From Ptychomitrium polyphyllum (lineage: Eukaryota): a DNA stretch of 64,000 bases. The stretch lies in NCBI GenBank assembly GCA_973851085.1, contig OZ316776.1:11718001-11782000 (forward strand), written 5' to 3'. Made by a program: the position numbers and the translations under genes. The notes under the pieces were generated by a model that saw only the letters and a program-made list of their open reading frames with translations, was not told the origin of the DNA and ran no database searches. This document shows positions 34,501-48,987 of this stretch, piece after piece; position 1 is the first letter of the stretch, and each line of letters starts with the position of its first letter.

Positions 34501-37500
34501 TCGAGCGGCTGTTGACGTTGGAATAGGAATAGGAATACTCGCAGAACCTCTACCTAAGCCTGTACTACTATATCCTGCTGGAGTGGTAATAGAGGGATGA
34601 GACGCAGAGCCTCCGACATCCCAAGGAGCACCCACAACTGTTGGGCTATCACGAATGCGATCTTGTGCATGTGATATGCTTTGGGAACCAAAGCCGTTTA
34701 TTGTATCATTGTTTTCTAATATTTCACCTTCCTCTAAAGGTTCCCGGCCACTAGTTGAGACATCATTAGTAGTTGCGTCTTCAAAAACATCATCATGCAC
34801 AGGTCGAGGAGAAATGTCCATAGGGGCAGGTGAAGACGAATCAGGAAATTGAAGCTCTGTCAGCTGCGACGGCCTACCTGTATCTATATCTAGCTCTGTT
34901 GCAACAATTGGACTTATACTATCTTCTGCAAAGTCCGCATTGCCATCATCTGGAACCTCAGCAGCTAAACTAGGATCCGTCTGAAACATCAGGTCTGAGC
35001 CAGTTGTTAACACCGGCCAGAACCAGCTGGGTAGTGGCACAACTGATTGTTGATTTGACAGGGACGGGTTCGATAACAAGGTAGTTGGTGTAGACGGAGT
35101 GAAATGAATAGCTGGAGGTGGATAGTGCAGATAACCTTGTGATGTAGCTACAGTCATTGGGCAGTCTGGTGAATCCAAATCATTAACCTGTCAGAGTTCC
35201 TCCCATAATTAGAACTGTTTATTTTTGGAAAATTTGAGGATAACCAGCGCAGATGAGCAGCTAAGGTATCAAATGATTTAGTGATTTTTCTTCGTACTCA
35301 ATTTCGCTACTGGTAGGAATTGAAAGTGACAAGAGGCTTGAGTAATCGTCAAGATCTTGGACGTCAGAGGAAGAGTCACGATCAAGTACAGAAATGTATT
35401 GGGTAATACAAGTCACAAACAGTAAGAACAATGATAATGGTCGGAATAACAAAAATGAAAATATGACACTTGGCGACAACGGTAGTTAGAAGATCAGGAA
35501 GCTCCGAAGTCAGTTCACCTCGGCAGTCAGCAAAAACGGAGCAGCAAGCGGGTGGAAATGAACAGCCCGCAGAGACCTACGAGTCCGAAGTACTATAGTT
35601 GGAGCAGTATCCCCTGCTTTTGTGAACTGCCATATGTAAAGCTGCATGAAGATTGAAATTGCTTAGATAAAGGAATAGATCATGCAAACAAATTTATCAA
35701 TCAAAATCATGTGCATTTACACGGGAAAAAAATGCATGAATTAAAAAATGGACATACATAAAGCTTGCAACAACATTTAAAGCTCTTACATATCGTAAAC
35801 AAAAAGGAATTTCAGATAGTGTAAAACAAAGAAAGCTACCTTGTGGCCAGACGCAACAGCAAGCAAATCTCCTTGCGCGTGAAAAGCAAGCGAAGCTATG
35901 GGTCGATCTGGACGACAGAAAACGCAATCCCACAACAACGTATTAGTACTCAAAATGCCCATCGTAGCCCCAACCACTGCATACATAATCACACCTGCTA
36001 GTGCAACATCATCAGTATTATCATAACTCCCAACACCATAACTTGGACAACAGGCATAAAGAATGTTAACACTAATCAAGGGTTTCTAGAAACTCACAAA
36101 AATCTCGCGAACCAACACATTCAGCTGTATTAGCGTTCCATAACCGAACTTCATTGTCAAGGCTCCCACTAGCTAGCACCTCTGAGCTTGCTGGATGAAA
36201 ACGTACCTACAAGAATAAACACGATTAGAACAGTTCGCTGGCAAAACTAGTACTTAGATCCTGCAAGCAGCAACTCTGGAAATGAATGTAACCATGATAT
36301 TAAACCACAAACGTGAACTAAGCCTCCAGCATACTCACTAATTCATACATCACTACTCTGAAAACTCAGTAAGGCCTTGAGCATAGTTATTTGCTTATAG
36401 CACCAGAGTTGTGTGCACTAGAAACTATCCAACAAGAACGCATAGGCACCTTGAGCTATTCTGTATATAGAAATCAGTATTATACATAATTAAAAGCATG
36501 TAAGCCATACTAACCACCCATGGTGTTCGCCGATGTCCACTTAGAACCTTCAAACACTGGCCAGTTCTGCAACATATGATTTTCACAGTGTGATCGCCAC
36601 TGCAAAATGCAATTAAAACTGATTAAAGCGGACATCAGAATAGACAAACGAGTAAATACATGTAATTTGTAAACCATCTAACTTGCAGTTCATCGTTTGC
36701 ACAGCACACACGTTGTATAACATTCAAATGTAGCTGTACATAGGTGAGGAACGGTAGCCTGAAAACATACTGTGTGGAAGCCAAGGTGTTGCCATCAGGG
36801 CTGAAAGCGGCCGCTATGGTAGACCGTGGGGCCGGTTGTAGAGGGCAATATTTGGCAGTACAATGACGAAGAGATTCAGCCTCCAACCTGTAGAACCTGT
36901 GCGAGTCAGTTAATCACAGCAAGACAAAATCGAAACCAAACTGCTTCTACAGAGATATGATTCATGTACAGATCTATATGTCTGAACGAAGATTACTGCA
37001 CAGATTGCAGCAATAAACATGCAGTGGCACCAAGTAGATGATATTCTGAAAATCTGAAAGTAGGAAGTTTCTTGAAAATATAACTTATGAAGCAAGTGGA
37101 AGCTCAGAAAACAGGTTTCTTAGAAAACTTTGAGAATGGAAATAAGCTAGATTAGAGACTTTAAAATGGGAACTCAAATTGAACATTCAAGGTATGCAAA
37201 GAGAATTTTCCTGAAGTAAAGAGAGTGTTATAGGTTAAAAAGCCATCCAGGAGGTCTCATTTAAAGGATAGTGCAAGGTAAGGGAATCAACTAAATACTA
37301 CATGATACGAGTTTTACATTAACTTACTGCAAACAAAACTCATAATAAAAAAAAAACCAAACGTTGAAAAAAAACAAGAGGTTGATGACCAGAGAAAAGA
37401 GAGACTTCCAGATGATGACGGTATTCGTCACCCAGGTGAAATTCTAATGCGAGATGGTTAAAAATCCTGCAAGCTGTGAAATCATCAGTTTAAAATAAGC

Positions 37501-38094
37501 ATATAGAGAGCTGACCATGAGATGAGTGCCAATTTCGCACTAGTTGCTTCCAACCGAGGCCCTGCATGCACCACACTTCCAGAAGCAGAATCCCCCCATA
37601 GCCTTCTGATAGGCCGTTTCACACTTGGTGCTACCTCCCTCCATGCTAACAATCTCATTACATTTCCACCTCTGTAATGAAACATACATACAGCACACAT
37701 ACAGAGTCAACATACATCAATACATACGTACATAAGCCCTTCACAGAACACAAGTACAATTATTCAAACGTAACATCACAAATATTACTCATGTGGCAAG
37801 ATTATCAGGTACAAAGATGTACACTGCAACCAAACGACTTGTTCTACATATAGTTTGACTTCAGCTCTTAAGGGAAAAGCAACATATCTACAACTATACG
37901 TCTCGGAAACAGAGTACATATAAGCCAATGCGTACAGAACTTTTACACTCTCTAGTATCAGGTGGTAGAAACCCGTACATGAGTTTCTTCCGAGCATAAG
38001 GATGATATCGACCACATGGTGGAGAGTGAGAGGTGGATTTAGAGGTTGAGGTAGATGAAGATCCCCTTGGCTCATCTAGCCATAAAGGCATCAT
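31569..38094 (-). CDS. AMBRA1-like WD40-repeat protein (putative DCAF). Exons: 38094-~37979 (donor uncertain), 37671-37516, 36887-36771, 36599-36515, 36206-36098, 35907-35840, 35641-35519, 35187-34089, 33942-33702, 33332-33129, 32915-32855, 32644-32525, 32357-32244, 31974-31891, then a probable terminal exon at 31571
   Basis: WLEAESLRHCTAKYCPL..PRSTIAAAFSPDGNTLASTHGDHTVKII..GHRRTPWVVRFHP..LASGSLDNEVRLW, RPIASLAFHAQGDLLAVASGHK, ELPCTVKLRIWPHD, SEMGAHFSPCGRFLAACVAC, AHCLTSIQFSP, DEVNVACFHP..GGLVYGTKEGKLRIL. The 3' end is ambiguous: stop at 31846 if the last intron is retained, at 31569 or 31473 if it is spliced. Confidence 0.9.
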
Positions 38095-40229
38095 GCCTTC
38101 ACTGCAACAATCGTTTCTTTTGGTTTCAACACTGTCACCACATCAATACAACCTGTTTCAAGCAGAACGTCGTCATAAACCCAGTTCAGCAGGGAAAAAA
38201 ATAAAATTACTCTAATGAGAATCAAAACAATCAAGCCCTCAGCAGACAAGGAAATATGCGACGATTTTGATGGAAAAAGAAAAAAGGAACCAATGTACAA
38301 TAAAACTGAAAACTTATATATTACTGTAACATTTTCCCCATTAAGAGACGATTTGTGAATGGACGACCTCAAAGGACTGCAGAAAACCGATTCAATATGC
38401 TCTAATAACCCCTTCTATATCATCTATCAACAGTTAATATTTGCAGGCATGTGCCAATCCCAATCATACAAAGGGATTTTACAAGCAACCAACCAGCGCC
38501 CAAGAGAAAACAGGTCCCTTGCATAATTCAGTAACTCAAAAATGGTTTCCCTCAAGTGAATGTCTACCCTGATTCATATTAAACCGTTTCCTAGTTTCTG
38601 CCATTCCAGTTCTCTTCAGTCAGTTAGCCAATACTTCAATGACGAAAGCCCAAAGAAACTGAATTTGACACGAATGATTATAACAAAATAAAACCCTAAA
38701 TACCACTTCCTATGTAGTCGACGGTAACCAAATTCACGCGAACTAATCCAACTCAGATGACCATAAAGGTGCTGCTGTTTCCAACCTGTACAGGCGTTCA
38801 AGTATCATCGAAATCCTCCAGTCCTAGTGACGTGCAAGCCATGGCCCAGCCGGATTCGAAAAGCGGCTCATCAGCTTGCTTCCCCGAAGATCAACCGCAT
38901 AACACTATGAGCTGTCAATAACACTGATCATGACCACCTCGGCGGCAAAACCCTAAGAGAGCAGGCCAGGTCATTGCACCACTTTGCAGATTCGATGAAT
39001 TCACATCATAGTAGCAGAGCAGAGCAGAAACCCCCTCACCACACCTGTGAGTACAACCATCCAAACACCCGACTCCGGTGAAGCTCCGCTCGCGTGTCGC
39101 ACATCGAAGTACACCGCCAGGTACACTAATCTCCAAACAAAAACCGGTCACCGCCAAATTAACCCAGCCATTGCAACAGAAAAGGGGACAAAAAACCTAA
39201 CTTTGAGCCACCTAACGCCTACGCTGCCGGACGCTGCAACCAATCCCCCGATTCTCCGTTCCTGTCAACCTAATTTACACACAAATCATCAATCCCTACG
39301 AAACCGAACCGCTTCGTCGAGATCCTGTCACTCACTCGCGCGCCTTATATTGTTTGATCCGTCGCAAAGAGCTTTGCATCAAAATTCCTCATTAATCCCG
39401 AGCCTCCGCAGCTCGTCAGCCCCTCACCATCCAGGCACCGCCCAGCCCGCCTCGCATTGAAAAACGCAAACCATGCCCCAACGACACCGTCAGAGCGAGC
39501 TTCACCAACCAACACTCCAGAGCCACCACCACGGAATCCGCTCACGCCACCAGAACGCTCGCAACCACTCCGTTGACAGACTCACTCTCCCGGGACACTT
39601 GCTGTGTCGCCACAGGCCTGATTCGCCACCAAAAGAAGCCCCGAAGGTCTCAAACGAACCGCACGGCTCCCGGCCACCGCGACGCAGAGCCGACCTGAGC
39701 GCCGCTGCTGCAACGCCGGTCTCGAGACTGGCACACACGCAAAGAAGACGAGGTCGTGGCTATGGCGATGGAGATCTCTCCCCAGTTCCACCCCCAGCGG
39801 CTCCTAACCACAGCATCTTCCGCTCCTGCACATCTCCCGCTCCCTCGCTCCCGTAATGTCCGCCCTTAGCACACCGCGTACCTCCGCATCTTCGGATCCA
39901 GGTAGATTAGGCAAGAATAAAAGCGGTTTTAGGCTGGGGGGTGTGAACGGATTCATCAAATCATCCTTTTCCCGAGATTCTGCAGAATCTCGGATCACGT
40001 GAAATCCACTGTTCATAGATGTACATCGGGAGGAGGGGAAAGTGGCGGAACTCGTCGTTTTTCTTCTTGATTTGGTAGATGTTGGACCTCGGGAGCTGCT
40101 TCTTTTGCGGGGGGGCTGAAACCAATTGACTGTGGGGAAGAAAAAGTGGAGGGATTTGATATTTACTGTAGTACGGTCCGACTGTGAGTCAGTGGGAGCA
40201 GAATTCAAACGAATAACTACCAGGCTCGT

Positions 40230-40231
<2 letters not shown>

Positions 40232-40306
<75 letters not shown>
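40232..40306. repeat. (GT)n microsatellite, about 37 units
   Basis: Uninterrupted GT run upstream of the AMBRA1-like gene leader. Confidence 0.98.
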
Positions 40307-40307
<1 letters not shown>

Positions 40308-40858
40308 TTACGCTGTCCGGGGCTGGCTGGCAGGGGCAACGGAATCTAGGATGTAAAGAGGGGGCTGTCTTGGTCAAGTTGAACCCCATGGTGTGAATGT
40401 GAAGGGAACGGGGAACGGGGAACGGGGATGTGGTCCCGGGTGCTGTACTTCAGGGGTGACTGCAGGGCCGTGGTTGCAAGGGCCCATTTTAAGGCAGTTT
40501 TGGGAGTTTTTAAACAGACTTTGAAGTTTGTCCAACCGTCCAAAATTCATAGCTTTAGGTTCGTCTCTAGAAACTTAGGAAATTCTTGATTCTAGATCTG
40601 TATAGCTTGTAAACTTCAAAACTTAAAATTTAATAATATTTTGAAATTATAAAAATCTTCGAGGTCTCTTATGAGAAATAATAATAATATTTATTATTAT
40701 TATTATTATTATTATTTTATTTTATTTTATTTTTAAAAAAAAAATTTAATTTTAATTTAAAACACTAGGTGTTCAAAGCTACCTTCTCCAAACGGTATAC
40801 AAACTCTCCTTTAAAATACTCACCTTCAAATCATAACTTCAGTGTGAATAAAGGACAA

Positions 40859-40930
40859 AAAGGTGGAATTAAAGGTGGAATTAAAGGTGGAATTAAAGGT
40901 GGAATTAAAGGTGGAATTAAAGGTGGAATT
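40859..40930. repeat. 12-bp tandem repeat AAAGGTGGAATT, 6 copies
   Basis: Six perfect units read directly. Confidence 0.97.
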
Positions 40931-43553
40931 ATACTTCAAGATCAAAAAGTAATTGGGGTTTATATGGATGGCTTTGAGAAATAAATCTATCTACTAATCA
41001 ATTAGTGTAGTTTTGTATTTCTTATAAAGTGCAATTTATTCTATCCAAGCATGGAAAAGCTTTAGGAAAAGAAAATGGTTGAGTACATGTATGGTTATAC
41101 TGTGGATGCACCCTGCACTAATTTAGTAACAGACCTTGTAGGCACCTCAATACTTTAGTGAAGACAACATTCACTACATTTCGTACCTGGAGAAGTAGAA
41201 TACTGTGATATGTTGTGCATCTTGGTGCAAGGTCATTCAGCTATGGACTATACAGTGAACTGCAATACTATGCAAGCATGGTTATGGTTAACATTTGTAT
41301 TAAATCATTAGACAACAGCATTTGCACATTTATTTGTTGGAAGACTTGAGTGCGTTTATTGCTGATCAATAAAAACTGACGGAAGTGATGTAGTTGTTTT
41401 TGTGAAGTTTGTGTGGTGCTGACTCACCTGTTCCACAGTAGCTCAGTATGGGATAAGAAAAGCAGGAACAAACACCAGAATAAGAGAATTCTTTTAACAT
41501 GAATATCTAGAGGACTTTCAAAAGTGTTTCCACATACCAGCCTTGCAACAATTGATCTCCGTGCTCAGTGAAAATATGATGATCACCACTGGAGGACAAT
41601 TTTCAATGTCTCTATAGTTGCGGTCCTATTAAAGACCATGTGGTTACATAGTAATGATAAAAAAGTCTTCTGAAAATTTGGACAACAACCCTTGATTCTG
41701 ACAAGCTGGTGTAGGTACCATAACAAAAAAACATGTGAATTACATGTTCATAAAGGACATGAATTGTTCATACACATGACAGGGAAGAAGCACATTTTTA
41801 AAGATGAATCCATTACACCTGCTAAATTAGTATGTTGTTGCTGGATTCAAGTGTTAATTAAGTATCTCTAATATATACATACACACAAACATGCATACAT
41901 ATATGTATATATTGTGTATGTATTATGTCTGTCTTGTATGCATGTATGTATTACTTATATATATATAAACAACATTTATTATATCAATTTCATTGTGAAT
42001 CTAATTGCATTTTTTTATAAGAACTAATTCTTTGAGCTCTAAATTATATGTTTTTTAATTCTCAGAAGAAAAAATCCCTTACCCTTACAAATAATATTCA
42101 TGTAATGTTTGAGTAAAATTTGATGTGACCAATTTAAAATGTAAAATTTAATGTCATGAATTTTCAAATCTTTCAATTGCACAAATGGTGAGCTAAAAAT
42201 TATTTAATCTAGATTTTGAATGGTTTGTTTTATACATACTTTTGTTTTATTGAACTTATTATAAAGTTTATTTTGTAGTCCATACAGTTGAATTCATAAC
42301 TCAAAATTCCATTGAATATGGTAGAAATGAATGGATAGAAATGGATTAATAAGTTTTTTTTTTTTTGCAATTATTGTTGCCTTATAGGTGATTGAAAATA
42401 TTTGTAAACCAGCTATATTCTTTAAGTTAAGTACATACTTATAATATCATACATTGAAATTCTTACAATGTTAGAAGCCTTAAATTAATTAGATAATACT
42501 TGCTTTATTAAAGATAATAGATTTTAATGACCTATTTAAATACTTTGTTCCAAAAAGATAATTTTGTCACATAAATTTCAAACTTTCTTATTAGGCTTCA
42601 TACATTGTTGTATTGTCCATAAAAGAAGCAATTTGAAAATAGATGAAAAAATTGATTAATCACCTATAAGGCAAGAATTATTGCAAAAAGATTTTCTTGT
42701 ACTAATCATTTTAAAGAATACCATGGAATGGCAATCTAAGTATTGGTCCATGGAAAAGGACTTTTTCCATCTTAATTATTTTAATGTGTTTCCATCTTCT
42801 ATAGCTTGTCTTTTGCCTAAAATACCCATGTCTGAGTTTGATTATTTTACTTCTCCTATTTCCAATAGGACTCAAAGACTCAAAAAGCTTGTGCATTAAG
42901 TCATCAAACTAGATTCACGCTTTCATGAATTCATATCCCACATGCCCTCACTATCATTTATTGTTGACTTCCCACTTTTTAAGGTGAAGATAAATTGGTT
43001 CAATTACTCAAGGAACCACAACTACAATATTTAAGTAGGCTATGACTGAGAAAAGTATATGACAATAAGAAATCCAAACTTCCAAATATTCCACACCATC
43101 TGAAGAGAAAGATGTACAGGTTGGACAACATTCCAAATATTGTACAATGCTGCAAAGGTTTTATGCAGCACACTTATTACAACAATTACAGAATTTAGAG
43201 GGTAACAACAACCACACGTACATATACCGTATAAATTGTTTCACACATAAGATGTGTATGATTTGCAGCATCCATAACACTAGTATCGTGAGAATGTCCA
43301 ACAAGGTGGTCCCCATGGTTCATTTTGATTCGTAGTTAGCAAATTTGGCTTACAGAATCTGACAATACTCGTCTCTGTTTATCGTATTCAACGGCTGTGA
43401 AAGATTAAATACATTTAGTGAAGTGGCAAGAATGCAATAAGAGTAAAGTACTGTTCAAAACCTTTCTGAAAAAACCTGCAGGACCTGCTTAATAAGTGCA
43501 TGCCGCGTAAGCAGGACACAGGAAAATGTGAGCAGAGAAAGATCGATAAACAA

Positions 43554-46500
43554 TCACAACCGGCTTCGAATCGAGGTATTCTTTTTTAGAGGCTCAACTC
43601 CAGTCAAAGGCTTCAGATCACCAGCTTCTGTATAGGACATGTTTTTTGCAAGTCGTTTCAAGGCCATGTGGCGAACCAACTCCTTTTTAATCTTGCCAGT
43701 AGAGGTTGTTGGAAATGCTTCCTTGCTCACGAGAATAAGTCTTGGTACCTTGTACCTGCACAGCAGAAACCTGATAATTAGCTATATCGATTGTGGTCGA
43801 TAGTTATTAGATAAATTTCTCTAGATTTCGGTGACCTAAACCTACACATCGAAAAGTCGAGCATAAATATTGCAATGCACATTGCGACTCTTCGAGTTGC
43901 TCAGATTTAATTTAAGAATATAATCTTAAAGCAGAAAGGGAATCGTATACACACAGGACAATCTCGTGAATGAAACATATGCTTCCATATCATGTAGAAA
44001 GAGGAAGTAATGAGTAGAATTTGGACCTCGAAAGGCCAAGTTGTTGGCAGTGGATGCGCAACTCAATCTGAGATACGACCCGATTTCCTCGGTAATCTTC
44101 CACGGGGATCTGATTAGAGGCTCCTGTCACACTGAGCTTCCCTTGATATTTGTCTTCCCAATGCCACTTGTCTCGAAGACGCACAAAAGCAACCACCATT
44201 TCGGTTAACCTCTCATCAGGAATGCCCACAACGGCCACTGTGGATATCGCTGGATGCTTCAGCAAAACATTCTCTACCTGCGTTCACAAGGCCACAATTT
44301 AGCTCAGATAAGAAACAAGCGCTGAAGATCGGAGACACTTCTGGATACCAAATAAGTGTCAGAAACAAACTAGTGAAGCAAGGTGCTCACAAAAAATCCC
44401 AGTATGTCCTGATTCCTGAACCATGTCTTAGCTTTGACACAATAATGGCAAAGCTATAGTGACGCGTCATGTGTTAGAAAATCCGCTTAGAAAGAAATCA
44501 CATTAACATCAATTCGTTCGTTACACTTTAAACGTGACATGCCAGGCCTTGGAAATAAGACATTCGTGATGCTAACGAAGGTTTTCTTTTCAGAATAGAT
44601 CAGTAAAGTATTTCAAACATAATTGTTAGAAAGAGTGGGCCTTTAGGGAGTCGGAACTACAAACGGAGTTAATTCAAATGTAGCCATTAGATAGCAGACC
44701 GGCCTTCAAATAATTAGAGTAAATTTGTCCATAAAGTAGTACCTGAAAAGACGTTAAATTTGTATGACAAGCCTCACAGAAGCACGAGGTGAGTAGGTGA
44801 TAGTTACCTCTGAAGCGTAAACATTCTCACCACCGCTTTTGATAACATCTTTGGAACGACCGAGGAGCCAAAGACGTCCAACTTCATCCATCCATCCGAC
44901 ATCACCCGTCTCCAACCAACCAACTGAGCCCAACACTGCTGCAGTCTCCGCTGGAAGCCCCCAATAGAACTCCATAACATGCGGCCCTCGAGTGAGCACA
45001 TGCCCTTCTCTAAACAATCCACTTTTCACGATAGGATTTTCTTTAGCGTCTACTAAATTTTGTTCCAAAACGATCTGCCCGATTCTTAGTTCAACATGAG
45101 GAGCTGGCCTTCCAACACAGACACCCCCAAGTTGGCCAGTTGAATCTTGCTCATCTACTGGTATGAAAGACATACTTGAACAAGCTTCAGTCATACCTGT
45201 TAAGCCAAAATAAGACAGGAAGCAACTCATTAGGATGGAAGGCCCGAACACCCTGCTTCTTGTTAGTGTAAGACTTAAGCATAATAATACAAGGCTTCAA
45301 AAACTGCCTTCTCTCCAGCTTTCTAGAAAGATCAAGGATGAATCAAGTCGAGCAAATCAATCCGGTGCAGCTGCACCTTGCAATCTAAAGTCAAAAATTA
45401 CAGACGAGTATAAACTAATCGCTAAGCCGTGCGTACTCCTGCTCAATTCGTGGAAAAACTCCTTATCTAAGCAGCTAGGAACCAAACGAAACTATCAATC
45501 ATAACTGGTAAAGTGCAAGAATCGATCAAATGAAAGAAGTCCCAACAGATGTAGGTCCCACAAACAACCCAAACAAACAGGTGGTAAGAACAGCCCTCTG
45601 TAGCATTGGTATACTGGGAAAATAAAGCTCATCGGTTGGCTGGTGATACAACACTCACCGTAAGCTGAAAAAATTTCTGCATTTGGAAAGAGAAATCTGG
45701 TTGAATCCAAGAGCTGTGCCGGAATCCCTCCAGCTCCATTTAACAATATCCGTATGCTTGTAAATGAACGCTGACTCCTCAATACTCTGAATCATTATTC
45801 ACAATCATTTTCTTGGCGTATACGCTCTTCCTGTTGATTCTTACGAGAATTTAAAGCACTACTACCGCCATGAACCAGTCAGATCCTACTGGAGAAAGAG
45901 AGCCCTTAGATTATTCACATATAATGTAGTAGTTTTAATGAAGACATACAAGTACATAAGACGAAGTATTACATGGTAGCCTCTGCTACGGCAAAATGAC
46001 TCTTCCAAGAACCCTTTGGCAGCCCATTCTGTGCATATGCCTACTCACAGGAGACATCTCCTAGCCGTATTACAGCGGGTGGTCGCAATTGAAAGCCTAT
46101 AATAACGTCACAAAGTAAATAAGAAAATACCCTGTTGTAGATGCAGAAGCTGCTACTAAGTCTGCAAGCATTGTTGGAACAACGATCATGGAGGTGACAT
46201 GATGGTTTTGGATGGCATCAAACACCGCCATTGCATTGAACCTGGGCAAAATAACATGGGAGGCTCCTGCCATAATATTAGCCAAGGCCGACGAAATTCC
46301 TCCTATATGACAGAGTGGTGATATATGCAGATAAACCTACAAGCACAGCAGATGATTCAATAAAGTAGTCTCCATAGATCTCCCAGTTATTCAAAAATTT
46401 CTAGACCAGATGATCAGCTTACAAGAGTACGATACGAGGTTAGAGAAGCGACTATTTGATCTTGCTTAAACAAATCATCACATGGATGGCAACAAAATAT

Positions 46501-48987
46501 TCGGAACAAGAGGCTATGAAAAGAGAGAGATCATCCTACATCAGAGGAATTGTAGCCGATAACTGCTATTTTTGCTAGTGACTGTACCACAAGCGCATCA
46601 TGACTAATCGCTACTCCTTTTGGCCTTCCTGTGGTTCCTGAGGAGATAATGCAAAACTGGCGTTAAAAAATGAAATGACACCTCAGGTGGGCAAACAGAT
46701 CTGTGACTGCAGCAAATCATGAATTTTGACGAACACACACACACACACACACATGAATGAGTAAACCAAAAGTAGTAACTCAAAACAACTACCAAACACT
46801 GGTAGATGAGTAATGGAATTACCAAACTAGAAAATCAATACGGTAATTACGCTAGGCAGGGACGAACAATTGACAACATAATCCCACCAACAAGAAGTAT
46901 GTGTATATTACTCGCTACTTAATACAATTACACTATGTCCATTCTGAGATCAGTGTGCATGGATCAGGAACTTCAATAATGTAGACAAACATAAGAATTC
47001 TGACCGGTTATATACAGGCAAGTAAATAACTCGTGAGTCATCAGGATTTAAGTATCTACCTGATGTGAAACAAATAAGGGCGATGGAATCCGGCGCCCAT
47101 TTTAGATCGATTTCGAGGCTTAGGCCGGTCCATGCCAACACCTTCTCTGCGTCCACAAAAGCTGCGCATATTCGTCAAGATTAAGTCCTTCGCAATGTAA
47201 AATTTGGTAAGACATCGCTAGGGTAAATTCAAACAAAAATGTAAACTGTCAGGAGACTGGAAAAGCATATCCACAAACTTGTCGTCACTCGCATTAGGTC
47301 AGGCCCAAGGTAAATTCTACTAGACCCTTGTAAACCCCGCATCATCTTGAAGCTAATACATAGCTGTCCATAAACTGGGTGACGTAATTGACTACAAGAG
47401 ATGACAGATGATTCGGGAAAAGCCAACTCAGACATAAACTACACTCTGATATGATATACAATAATCTCCCTTTTTCCGCTTCAAAAGAACACCAGGTAAT
47501 GATCATTTGAGTATAGTTGGGAACCTATCAACAGGTGTGCGAATTTTGCACAAGAAACGATAATGCTCTGATGCTCCAGAATGATTTCTAACTATGTGGT
47601 ACTAGCTGACAGTTACTAATTACGCCTAGACACATTCTGTTTATAAGAAGGGATTAACCAATAAACAAGTGACAAAGTTCTCATTTCTACTAATCAAAAT
47701 CATTTGCATGTCAAGCTTACCAACAGGGTAGACCATTACTCACAGGAAGGACAGTTCAATCCTGGACCAAGAAGAATCTGCAAGCGAAGCGACTGGCACC
47801 TGGTGTGAAGATCAGGCCACTGCTGTAAACAGGTCTGATCCAGCACCAATATTGTGGCCCCAATTTGCTCAACTGCCTCACTAGCCTCTTCCACACTCTG
47901 CACTCATAATGAAAAAATGCTCATTGATATGTAACTGGATTAAATGAGTGCCAAAGAGCACTTTATTGTAACGACGCTTGAGAAAAAGATGGTGTTGCAA
48001 AATATCTTGGCAACTTGTTTACAGCTTTTCCATGCTAAAACCTATTTCCATGAACTTTGTTTAGGAAGCCCTCAGTGAGGGACCTGGAGGACTGCAAGCC
48101 ACAATATTACGACCTGCAACCCTTGCTGAAAATGAAAGAACCATCAACAACATTTGACTTGATTATCAACAGATAGAGAAGAATAAATCATAAATGGAGG
48201 GCTGCATGTTTATACATACCCATCTGTAGTTAAGCGGGGCGATGATTCCACCGGCGCACGGCACCGCAAAGAGCCATTCCAAGTACCTTTCACTGCAAAA
48301 AAAGAAATTTAGATGACTTGGCCTAAAGAAGTTCTCAGTAACTAAGAAGAATCTATTCCCAACAGAAACCTACGTCATGTCGACGGGATGTAAGACAGCA
48401 ATTTTGATCCTTCAGGGCATGCAAAAGCGAAATTGCTCAAAAAATGACACCACAGCACTTTTGGATTCCGCAAACAGTATCAGCACGAAAAAGCCATCAC
48501 TGTACATGTCTATTTCGGTTCTTAAACGGTTACTTCACAATAACTTCGGTGACTTGGCAAGACTTGATATTCTCGAACTAAGGGATGACACGCTACAAGT
48601 CCAAATCATATTATCAAATAACAGCCGAAAAGTGGACCATTGCCAAAAACCTAAAACATTCCCAGCAAGAGAGGACTTGTAAGACGCAGTTAAAACATAG
48701 TTTCATATTTCCTATAAAGAAACGACTCCTCAAAACTTAAAGAAGTGCGGAAAGGGCACTGAGGGCGATCATAGTGTAATCTGGAAGGCTGACCTGTTGA
48801 GCGCGGCTACGGCAACGCGATCCCCAGGCTGAAGACCTCCATCTCTGGAGAGCCCCGCTGCAAGAGCTGCCACTCGTTGCGCGAAATGAAAGGGGGTTTG
48901 GACTCTATCCTCACAAGTTATGGTACCCTTGCGTGTATGTAGTGCTCGTAAGGCTTGCCCAATGTGCGCTCCCCGATTCCTCCCCAT
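43554..48987 (-). CDS. AAE14: o-Succinylbenzoate-CoA ligase (MenE/AAE14, phylloquinone biosynthesis) with C-terminal PTS1. Exons: 48987-48794, 48292-48220, 47897-47744, 47161-47060, 46637-46540, 46336-46131, 45786-45659, 45196-44808, 44277-44027, 43755-43554
   Basis: N-terminus AHIGQAL..GDRVAVAALNSERYLEWLFAVPCAGGIIAPLNYRW; AMP-binding loop ICFTSGTTGRPKGV; YLHISPLCHIGG; SAYGMTEACSS; GVCVGRPAPHVEL; WLETGDVG; IKSGGENVYASEVE; GLSRYKVPR..FPTTSTGKI. The protein ends ...SIRSRL*. Confidence 0.92.

Noticed and set aside
38915..40400. Cluster of overlapping 60-137 aa ORFs
   Set aside because: GC-rich 5' leader or promoter of the AMBRA1-like gene plus a microsatellite; no protein motifs.
41000..43100. 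Possible transposon remnant between the AMBRA1-like gene and AAE14
   Set aside because: AT-rich, with no identifiable domain or terminal repeat.
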